From: Polyangiales bacterium
GTDB lineage: Bacteria; Myxococcota_A; Polyangia; Polyangiales; Ga0077539
Reading direction: 5' to 3'
Length of the DNA: 64,000 nucleotides
Assembly: GCA_046351555.1 (NCBI GenBank)
Contig: JAXLYI010000013.1
Span: 22,845-86,844, forward strand
Each line of letters begins with the position of its first letter. The stretch's first letter is position 1. Positions 21,665 to 29,155 of this stretch are shown here, in pieces. The translations under genes and the position numbers were made by a program. The notes under the pieces are model-generated. The model was not told the origin of the DNA. It did no database searches and was given only the letters and a program-made list of their open reading frames with translations.

Positions 21665-24424
21665 ATGAAACGCTGCCCGACCTGCGCACGCCCCGCGCCC
21701 GACGACCTCACCTTCTGCGTCGACGACGGCTCCCCCCTCGCAGCGACCCCCGTCCAGACCTTCGCCGACCTGAGCGCGGGCGAGCGCCGCGTCCCCATCA
21801 CACGCGCCCTCCGCCTCGCGCGCGGCCTCTGCGACGCGTGGTCGCGGGCGGGCGGGCGCGTTCCGCTGGCGACCGTCCCGCTGGAGGTGGAGGTCGGCGA
21901 GGGCGACCGCGTCTCCGTCACCTTCGCGCACGACGCCGCGCCAGCGACCACCGACGCTCGCGAGCTCGACCCGGCGGCACCCTACGCCGCGCCGGAGACC
22001 TTCCCCGGCGGCGGCGCGGTGACCGAGGCCGCGTCCGTCTACCACGTCGCGGCCCTCGTCCATCACCTCCTCACCGGCGCCCCGCCCTTCGACGGGAGCA
22101 CCACCGCCGCAGTCGCGGTGCGCAAGCTCCTCGAAGACCCGCCCTCCGCGCGCGCGCTCCGCGCCGACGTGCCCGAGGCGCTCGACGCGGCGCTCGCCCG
22201 CGCGCTCGACCGCGACCCCGCGCAACGCTTCGCCACGCTCGCCGAGCTCGCCGCGGCCTTCGACGCCGTCGCGCCCGAAGCGCCCGCGCCGCTCGCGCTG
22301 CCACCCGTACGCGCATCCGCGCCGCCCGCGCCGTTCGGGCCGCCTCCGTCGTTCGCATCCGCGCCGCCGCCCGGCGCGTTCGCACCTGCGCCCGCACCTG
22401 CGCCCGCGCCGCTCGGCGCCGCGCCGGCCGCCGCGGCCCCCGGCGCCGTCGCGCCGCCTCCCCTCACGCAGCTCGCGACCCCGCGGCGGGGCCCACCTCG
22501 GGCGCTGTTCGCGCTCGGGGGCGCGCTGGTGCTCCTGGCGGCGCTCGCGGGCCTCTCCGGGACGCTGACGCGCCGTCACCAGGACGCCGCCTCCGCGCGC
22601 CCGTCCGCCGACTACGCCGCCCCCACACCCGCGGTGCGAAACGCGCGGCGCGCGGAACCTCAACCCCCGAGCGCGCCCACGATCGCCCCCCCGATGCAGG
22701 GCGCGCAGTCGGAGCCCGTGCCCGCGCCCGCGGCGCCCGCCCCCGCGCCCATCGTGGCGCCGCACCCGCAGCACACCCGCGTCGCTGCGCGCGGAGGCCC
22801 CACCCGCATCGCGCGTTCCGCGCCGGCCGCCGGCGCGCGGATGGCACCCACCGCCGCGCGCGCGCCCATGGACGACTTCGGCGCCGTCGGGCGGGGCGGC
22901 GCAGGCGGAGGCCCCGACAACGCCACCGGCGACCCGCTCGCCCCCGCCGACACGCCCCCGCGCCCGCGCGTTCGTCCGCGGCCGCACACGCCCGCGCCCA
23001 CGACGCCGCCCGCGCTGCCGCCCACGGCGCCCGTCGAGGGGGAAGGCGCGCCCGCGACCCGCGCCACGACGCCGCCCCCGGCGCCGCCCTCCGTGGTCAC
23101 CCCAGAGCGGACGCCCGCGCCGCCAGCCCCCGCGCCGCCCGAGCAGTCCGAGCAGTCCGAGGGCCCGTCGCCGCTCCCGCTCGTCCTCGCGCTCGCCGCG
23201 GGCCTCGCGGGGCTCGCGCTCCTCGGCACGGGGCTCCTCCTCCGCCGACGCGCCGCGACCCCGCCCGCACAGCAGCCGCCCGCCTACCCGCCGCCCGTGT
23301 ACGCGCCGCCCGTGTACGCGCCGCCCGCGCCGCCGACCGCGCGCCCGGCGCACATCCCGGCGACGGCGGTGATCCCGACCGACGGCTCGGCCACCGTGCC
23401 CGACGCGCCCGTCTGGCAGGGGACGTCGCCCGACGCGCTCGCCCAGACGATCGCCGCGACGCCGCCGCCGAGCGGGGTCTGGTGCGCGCGCTGCGGGACC
23501 CCCTCGCCCGCCGACGCGCGCTTCTGCCCGACCGACGGCGCCGACCTCCGCACGCACGGCACCACCGTCGACCCGAACGCGCGCCCGCCCACCGACACGC
23601 GGCCCGACATGAAGCCCTTCGCGGTGGGGAAGTACCGCTGCGAGTCGCGCCTCGGTGAGGGCGGCATGGGCGTGGTGTACCGCGCGAGCGACGTGGAGAC
23701 GGGCGCCGCCTGCGCGGTGAAGGTGCTGCTCGTGCGGGGGCGCGCGGAGGGCCCGCTGGCCGAGCGCTTCCGCAAGGAGGCGCGGCTCGCGGCGGCCGTG
23801 CGGCACCCCAACTGCGTCGCCATCTACGACTACGGCGAGGTCGCGGGGCAGCTCTTCTACCTCGCGATGGAGCTCGTCGACGGGCGCTCGCTCGACGCCG
23901 CGCTCGAGGGCCGCGCGATGCCGCCGCCGCGCGTCGCGTCGATCGTCGGTCAGGTGTGCGCCGCGCTCGCGGCCGCCCACGCCGCGGGCATCGTCCACCG
24001 CGACCTCAAGCCGCAGAACGTGATGGTGCGCGACGGCGACGTCGTGAAGCTGGTGGACTTCGGCATCGCGCGCGACCTCAACGCCGCCAAGACCACCCTC
24101 GCCGGCGTCGTGGTGGGCACGCCCGCGTACATGGCCCCCGAGCAGGCGCGCGCCGAGGCCAGCGTCGACGGGCGGGCGGACGTGTTCAGCGTCGGGGTGA
24201 TGGCGTGGGAGCTGCTTACCGGGCGGCTGCCGTACGAGCCTGCGGGCAACGCGATCCAGCAGGTGGTGGCGCGCGCGACGCTGCGCGACTCGGCGCCACC
24301 GACGGGGGTGTCGCGCGCGGTGGACGACGCGCTCGCGCGGGCCACGGCGCCCGACCCGTCGCGGCGCACGCCGGACGTCCGCACGCTCGCCGCGGAGCTC
24401 GGCGCGGCGCTCCAGGCGGCGTAG
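21665..24424 (+). CDS. Bitopic Ser/Thr kinase with an N-terminal degenerate kinase remnant and two zinc ribbons
   Basis: Track ORF 21599-24424 trimmed to the ATG at 21665 (MKRCPTCARP). A C-lobe-only kinase-like segment follows: YAAPE...LLTGAPPF...RDPAQRF. Two TM helices flank a Pro/Ala-rich region. There is a second zinc ribbon: CARCGTPSPADARFCPTDG. A complete kinase domain follows: GEGGMGVVYRASD, AVKVLL, HRDLKPQNV, DFGIAR, PAYMAPEQ. Confidence 0.85.
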   Translation: MKRCPTCARPAPDDLTFCVDDGSPLAATPVQTFADLSAGERRVPITRALRLARGLCDAWSRAGGRVPLATVPLEVEVGEGDRVSVTFAHDAAPATTDARELDPAAPYAAPETFPGGGAVTEAASVYHVAALVHHLLTGAPPFDGSTTAAVAVRKLLEDPPSARALRADVPEALDAALARALDRDPAQRFATLAELAAAFDAVAPEAPAPLALPPVRASAPPAPFGPPPSFASAPPPGAFAPAPAPAPAPLGAAPAAAAPGAVAPPPLTQLATPRRGPPRALFALGGALVLLAALAGLSGTLTRRHQDAASARPSADYAAPTPAVRNARRAEPQPPSAPTIAPPMQGAQSEPVPAPAAPAPAPIVAPHPQHTRVAARGGPTRIARSAPAAGARMAPTAARAPMDDFGAVGRGGAGGGPDNATGDPLAPADTPPRPRVRPRPHTPAPTTPPALPPTAPVEGEGAPATRATTPPPAPPSVVTPERTPAPPAPAPPEQSEQSEGPSPLPLVLALAAGLAGLALLGTGLLLRRRAATPPAQQPPAYPPPVYAPPVYAPPAPPTARPAHIPATAVIPTDGSATVPDAPVWQGTSPDALAQTIAATPPPSGVWCARCGTPSPADARFCPTDGADLRTHGTTVDPNARPPTDTRPDMKPFAVGKYRCESRLGEGGMGVVYRASDVETGAACAVKVLLVRGRAEGPLAERFRKEARLAAAVRHPNCVAIYDYGEVAGQLFYLAMELVDGRSLDAALEGRAMPPPRVASIVGQVCAALAAAHAAGIVHRDLKPQNVMVRDGDVVKLVDFGIARDLNAAKTTLAGVVVGTPAYMAPEQARAEASVDGRADVFSVGVMAWELLTGRLPYEPAGNAIQQVVARATLRDSAPPTGVSRAVDDALARATAPDPSRRTPDVRTLAAELGAALQAA

Positions 24425-24433
24425 CGGGGGCGT

Positions 24434-25324
24434 TCAGGCGGGCGGCGGGGCGCTGGGGCGGGGCGCGGGCTTCGCGGCAGGCGCGGCGGGCTTCGCGGCG
24501 GGCGCGTCGGCGGGCTTCGTGGCGGGCGCGTCGGGCTTCGACGCATCGGCGGGCTTCGACGCGTCGGCGTCGGGCGCGGGCGCGTCCCCCTCGGTCGCGG
24601 GCGCCTTGCGCGCCGTGAGGGCGGCGTCGCGGGCGGCGAGCAGCGGGCGCAGCGCCTCGCGCGCGGCCTTCGTCGTCGCGGGGTCGCCCGGCGTCACCGT
24701 CGCGAACACCTGGACCACGTAGTCCGTGATGCACTGCTGCACCGCGCGGAGCAGCTCGCTGAGGTTGACGGCCTCGGGCTCGGCCGCCTGCGGCTTCGTC
24801 ACCCCGAGCGCCACGCCGTACTCGTCGAGCCGCGCGCGAACCTCGCGGACGAACGACGCCCCCGCGAGCTCGACGAGGTCGCCCTCGAGGCCGCGCTCAC
24901 GGAGTTCCTTGAGGCGCGAGGTGAGGGCGGCCCACTGGGCGCGGTAGGGGAGCTTGAGCACGAGGAGGCCGTCGGCGGCGATCACCGCGAGCACGGCGGC
25001 CGCGCGCGGGGCCTCGGGGTTCGACGCCTCCGGCATCGTCTGCCAGGGCTGGAGCCGCTGCACCATCGCCGACCACGCGCGGTCGATGGCGACGTCGAAG
25101 GGGCGCAGGTCGGCCGGCGCGGCGGCGTGCGTGCGGGCGCGGTAGCCGCGCTCGAGGGCGTCGCCCGACGCGCCGAGGGCCTCGAGCGCGCGGGCCATCG
25201 CGGGCGCCGGGGCGGGCGGTGCGGCGGCGAGGAGCGACGTGACGAGCGCGATGCCCGTCGCGGCGTCGACCTGCACCGCGCGAAGGCAGGTCATCAGGTC
25301 GAGGGTGGGTTCGCTGGCTTCCAT
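24434..25324 (-). CDS. Hypothetical protein with a Lys/Pro/Ala-rich C-terminal tail
   Basis: Track ORF 24434-25633 trimmed to the ATG at 25324 (MEASEPTLDLMTCLRAV). GC3 is near-saturated throughout. The tail reads KPADASKPDAPATKPADAPAAKPAAPAAKPAP. I recognise no family. Confidence 0.65.
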   Translation of the reverse strand: MEASEPTLDLMTCLRAVQVDAATGIALVTSLLAAAPPAPAPAMARALEALGASGDALERGYRARTHAAAPADLRPFDVAIDRAWSAMVQRLQPWQTMPEASNPEAPRAAAVLAVIAADGLLVLKLPYRAQWAALTSRLKELRERGLEGDLVELAGASFVREVRARLDEYGVALGVTKPQAAEPEAVNLSELLRAVQQCITDYVVQVFATVTPGDPATTKAAREALRPLLAARDAALTARKAPATEGDAPAPDADASKPADASKPDAPATKPADAPAAKPAAPAAKPAPRPSAPPPA

Positions 25325-25460
25325 AGGGGTGCGGCGGCTCCGGTGGTCGGGAGGAGGTCGGCGCGTCACCACGACGCGCGGCGTGTCCCGGTCACACGAT
25401 GAGTACGGCGCGCGCGGCGCGGGCGGGAGCGCGTCGCGGCGAGAAAGCGCGCGTGCCCGA

Positions 25461-25725
25461 AGGCCGCACAGCGGAGCGCGGAGAGGAGCGCGGTCGTCGC
25501 GCGCGCGGTGGGCGACCGCTTCGAAGAGGACCGCGGACATGCGCAGCGCGGCGGGGGACCGGCGAGGGGGAGGAGCGCGGACGTGCGCGAGGCGGCGGAG
25601 GACCGGTGGGATGGATGCGCGCGGTGCTCGCACGCGCGGTGGGGGACCGGCGGGGCAGAGGAGCGCGCTCGCGCACGAGGCGGTGGGGGACCGAGGGGGG
25701 AGAGGAGCGGGGAGGTCGGCGACGC
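25461..25725. repeat. Degenerate 43-44-bp tandem repeat array (about 5.5 copies) in non-coding DNA
   Basis: Unit starts are at 25505, 25548, 25592, 25636 and 25680. Each opens with GCGG-Y-GGGGGACCG and contains GAGGAGCGCG. A half copy lies at 25461-25504. Confidence 0.8.
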
Positions 25726-25822
25726 GGGGCGGGGGCTCAACCGACGTGCGCTGGGCTCACTTCGGTCAGAGAAGCGCGTTCGCGCGTACGAGTCGTGCTC
25801 CGCCCCGCCCGACGCCCCCGCG

Positions 25823-26226
25823 CTGGGGTTCGGAGTCGGCTTTGTCTCTCGGCGCGGGCCCGCTCGCGTCGCCTCCATCCCCGCTCGCCGAGCCTCGCGC
25901 GCTTCCCCTTCCTCCGCCGCAGGAAGCGGCAGAGGAAGGGCGCTGGCTCGTCGAAGATGCCCCGTCGCGGACCCGCGGATGCGACGAATGCGCGCCGCCA
26001 CGAACGCACGCGCGACGACGACACCTCCGCGCAGAACGCGCGCTTGGACAAGGGGATCGACGCGTCCCCGAGGCGCCCAGGCGAGGCGTGTCTGCGGCGA
26101 GTCCGGCGCCCTTCCTCTGCCGCTTCCTGCGGCGGAGGAAGGGGAAACGCGCGAGGCTCGGCGAGCGGGGATGGAGGCGACGCGAGCGGGCCCGCACCGC
26201 AAGACAAAGCCGGCTCCGAACCCCAG
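25823..26226. repeat. 404-bp foldback element: 121-bp inverted repeats (116/121 identical) around a 162-bp spacer
   Basis: The left arm (25823-25943) equals the reverse complement of the right arm (26106-26226), with 5 substitutions and no indels. I checked this block by block. A copy of cccccgcg lies at 25815-25822 and another at 26229-26236. No ORF with genome-typical codon usage lies inside. Confidence 0.85.
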
Positions 26227-26311
26227 GCCCCCCGCGTCGCGCCCTTGACGTCCCGGCGCATCGCCCGTAGGGTCCGCCGCCCGTTTTCCCCTATCGCCTC
26301 CCAGGAGCACC

Positions 26312-26539
26312 ATGCGCACGGACGTGACCCCTCGTGACATCCTCCTCGACCGCCGCATCGTCGAGCGCAACATCCGCAAGGGCGTCGTCACCCGCGAGGA
26401 GTACGAGCGCCACCTCCAGACGCTCCCCGACGTCGGGTCGAACGCCGAGCTCATCGCCGCGCGCCTCGGCGAGCGCGAGGAGGCCGTCGACGACGACGAC
26501 GACCTCGATGACGAGGACGACGCCGACGACGAGGGCTGA
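26312..26539 (+). CDS. Small hypothetical protein with a poly-acidic tail
   Basis: 75-aa ORF. An AGGAG Shine-Dalgarno-like motif lies 5 nt upstream of the ATG. GC3 is high. C-terminus: EEAVDDDDDLDDEDDADDEG. Confidence 0.65.
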   Translation: MRTDVTPRDILLDRRIVERNIRKGVVTREEYERHLQTLPDVGSNAELIAARLGEREEAVDDDDDLDDEDDADDEG

Positions 26540-26651
26540 CCCCTCCCCCGCGCCCCTCGCGCGCGGGCGGAACAATCCGACGCGCCCCCGGGTTGGGAGT
26601 GCGTCGGCGGCGTTGAACCCACCGCGCCCGCCGTGATACCGCGGACGGGCC

Positions 26652-26993
26652 ATGGCCAACGACCCCCACGACAACGCCCACGACGAGCACGAGCCGCCGC
26701 TGCCCACGCCGCACGGCGCGATGCCGCCCATCGACATGACGACCTTCTTCCTGTCGCTGTCGGCGTCGGCGCTCGTCCACATGGGCCTCGCGCCCGCCCC
26801 CGACGGCAGCGCCTCCCCGCCCGACCTCGCCCTCGCGCGCCAGAACATCGACATCCTCCTGCTGCTCCAGGAGAAGACGCGCGGCAACCTCACGGGCGGG
26901 GAGGAGCGGCTGCTCCACCAGATCCTCTTCGACCTGCGCATGCGCTTCATCGACGTCGCGAAGCGCGCAGGGGGAGCCCCCACCACGCCGTGA
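26652..26993 (+). CDS. DUF1844-like protein
   Basis: 113-aa ORF. FFLSLSASALVHMGL...DLALARQNIDILLLLQEKTRGNLTGGEERLLHQILFDLRMRF matches my recollection of the DUF1844 pattern. Its stop overlaps the start of the next gene. Confidence 0.65.
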   Translation: MANDPHDNAHDEHEPPLPTPHGAMPPIDMTTFFLSLSASALVHMGLAPAPDGSASPPDLALARQNIDILLLLQEKTRGNLTGGEERLLHQILFDLRMRFIDVAKRAGGAPTTP

Positions 26994-28225
26994 ACCGACC
27001 CGCCCTCGCCCTCGCCGCCCTCGCCGCCCTCGCGCTCCCGGCCGCCTCGTGCCGGCGAACGCGCCCCGCGGATGTGCCCGCGCGCCTCGAGCCCGTCGCG
27101 CCTCCCGTCAGTGCACCCGACGCCGGCCACGCGCCGACCCCTTCCCCGCCCGCCACGCCGCCGCCCGCGGTCGCGCAGGGCGACGGGGGCGCCGGGCCGC
27201 TGCCGGGGTCGCCGCGCACCTTCGCGCCGCTCGTGCGGGCGACGCGCGCGTCGGTGGTGAGCATCTTCGCCAACACGCGCCAGGTGGTGGCCTCGCCGTG
27301 GGGCTGGCAGGTGCCGCAGGAGCGCTACTCGCTCAGCAAGGGGACGGGCTTCCTCATCGCGGAGAACGGCGAGCTCCTCACCAACAACCACGTGGTCGAG
27401 GGGGCGGAGTTCATCCAGGTTCAGCTCGACGACGGGCGGCGCTTCGAGGCGTCGGTGCTCGGGCGCGACCCGCGGCTCGACGTGGCCCTGCTGCGCGTGA
27501 AGGCCCCGGGCGTTCGGCTCCAACCGGTGCGCCTCGGCGACAGCGACCGCCTGGAGGTCGGCGACTGGGTGATGGCGATCGGCAACCCCTTCGGCCTCTC
27601 GCAGACGGTCACGGTGGGCATCGTGAGCGCGGTCGGGCGGACGGGGCGCGAGGTCGACCTCGGCGCGGGCAACTTCGGCAACCTCCTCCAAACCGACGCG
27701 AGCATCAACCCGGGCAACTCCGGCGGGCCCCTGCTCAACCTCGAGGGCGAGGTCATCGGCATCAACGTGGCCGTGCGGCGCGAGGCGCAGGGCGTGGGCT
27801 TCGCGATCCCGATCAACATGGCGCGCACGGTGGTGCCGCAGCTCCGGCAGTACGGCCGCGCGATCCGCTCGTGGCTCGGCATCTCGCCGGGAGAGGTCAC
27901 CGAGCAGATGCTCGAGTTCATGAGCCTCCCCGACACGCACGGCGCGCTCGTGCGCGAGGTGGTGGAGGACTCCCCCGCGGTGCGCGCGGGCATCCGCCCG
28001 GGCGACGTCATCCGCCGCTTCGACGGCCACGACATCCTCGACCACACGCAGCTCCCCTGGCTCGCGTCGTCCGCGGGCGTCGGGCACCGCGCGCAGGTCG
28101 AGCTCCTCCGCGACGGCCGCCCGATGACGGTGGAGGTCACCCTCGCCGCGCTGCCCGAGCCCGCCGCCGTCCCCGTCGACCCGCGGCAGGGCATGGTCCC
28201 CATCCTGCCGCCCGGCATCCCCTGA
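26990..28225 (+). CDS. HtrA/DegP-family periplasmic serine protease with a PDZ domain
   Basis: Track ORF 26633-28225 trimmed to the GTG at 26990 (a GTGA overlap with the previous stop). It has a signal or lipoprotein-like N-terminus. Catalytic motifs: TNNHVV, DVALLRV, GNSGGPLLN. A PDZ-like C-terminus follows. Confidence 0.9.
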   Translation: MNRPALALAALAALALPAASCRRTRPADVPARLEPVAPPVSAPDAGHAPTPSPPATPPPAVAQGDGGAGPLPGSPRTFAPLVRATRASVVSIFANTRQVVASPWGWQVPQERYSLSKGTGFLIAENGELLTNNHVVEGAEFIQVQLDDGRRFEASVLGRDPRLDVALLRVKAPGVRLQPVRLGDSDRLEVGDWVMAIGNPFGLSQTVTVGIVSAVGRTGREVDLGAGNFGNLLQTDASINPGNSGGPLLNLEGEVIGINVAVRREAQGVGFAIPINMARTVVPQLRQYGRAIRSWLGISPGEVTEQMLEFMSLPDTHGALVREVVEDSPAVRAGIRPGDVIRRFDGHDILDHTQLPWLASSAGVGHRAQVELLRDGRPMTVEVTLAALPEPAAVPVDPRQGMVPILPPGIP

Positions 28226-29155
28226 ATGCGCCGCGGGACGGCCGCGCTCGCCGCGCTCGCCCTCCTCGCCGCGTGCGACCGCGCGCGGCCTCCACGCGCG
28301 ACCGCAACGCCGCCTGTCGTCGAGCGTGCGCCGGACGCGTCGCTCCGTGATGCGTCACCCGATGCGCCCGACGCGTCGCCCGCGCCGACGGGTCGCTGCG
28401 GGCTCTGGGAGGCGCTGGGCCGCGGCGTGTGGCGACGTCGCTGCGACCGCGCCGGGGGCCACGCGGCCGCGCTGCTGGCGGGCTGGGCGATCCGCGCGCC
28501 GGCCGCGCGCTCGTGGGCCGAGGCGCTCGACGACGCGAGGCTCGGCGCGCTCGGCGTGTCGACGCTCTTCGCGGTGGAGGGCCCGGCGCAGGTCGACTTC
28601 CGCGGCAAGGAGCTCGACGTCGACGGGCTCGTCCGCGCGCTCGACGGCGCGGTGGGGCCGCGGTCGTGGGCGCTGGTCGCGGCGCATTCGAGCGGGGCGC
28701 ACGTGGCGGCGACGTTGTTTCATCGGGCGTTCGCGCGGGGGGCGGCGCGGGGGCTGTCGGGGCGCGTGGTGTACGTCGACCTCGACGGCGACGCGGGCAT
28801 CGCCGGCGACCCCGAGCGCGACCTCCGCGCGGGCAGCGCGGCGGGGCTGCGGCGCGCGCTCTTCGTCGCGACGCGCGACGCCGCGCGCGGGCTCGACGGG
28901 TTCAGCCGCGCGGCGATGGTCGAGGGGGCGCGGCGCCTCCCGCGCGTGGGCGAGCTCTGGACGTACGACGCCGCCGCCGCGAACTGCGCGAGCGACGCCT
29001 GCGCCCACCTCGCGCTCGTCGACACCCGCCCCACCGCGCGCGGCAACGAGTCGTACGGGCGTAGCACCGCGGCGACGGTCAACGTCGCGTGGCTCGCGCG
29101 CGTCGAGCCGTGGCTCGCGGCGATCGCTTCAGGGGATGGGCGGGGGGCTCAGTAG
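28226..29155 (+). CDS. Putative lipoprotein, possibly an alpha/beta-hydrolase-like fold
   Basis: 309-aa ORF. Lipobox: ALALLAAC. VAAHSSGAHVA resembles a GxSxG nucleophile elbow. I recognise no family. Confidence 0.55.
   Translation: MRRGTAALAALALLAACDRARPPRATATPPVVERAPDASLRDASPDAPDASPAPTGRCGLWEALGRGVWRRRCDRAGGHAAALLAGWAIRAPAARSWAEALDDARLGALGVSTLFAVEGPAQVDFRGKELDVDGLVRALDGAVGPRSWALVAAHSSGAHVAATLFHRAFARGAARGLSGRVVYVDLDGDAGIAGDPERDLRAGSAAGLRRALFVATRDAARGLDGFSRAAMVEGARRLPRVGELWTYDAAAANCASDACAHLALVDTRPTARGNESYGRSTAATVNVAWLARVEPWLAAIASGDGRGAQ

Noticed and set aside
25461-26236. A CRISPR array or a retron (msr/msd) as the explanation for the repeat-rich non-coding region.
   Set aside because: The 44-bp units are contiguous, with no unique spacers, and are too degenerate for CRISPR repeats. 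No cas genes are in the window. A retron would need an adjacent reverse transcriptase gene, but the neighbours are a 75-aa acidic protein, a DUF1844-like protein and HtrA.
25399-26337. Several 140-420-aa ORFs on both strands across the 25.3-26.3 kb gap, some encoding the same peptide on both strands.
   Set aside because: The duplicate peptides are a trivial consequence of the 121-bp inverted repeat. Codon third positions carry many A/T (CGT, GGA, GAT, AAT, GAA), unlike the real genes here. I see no motifs.
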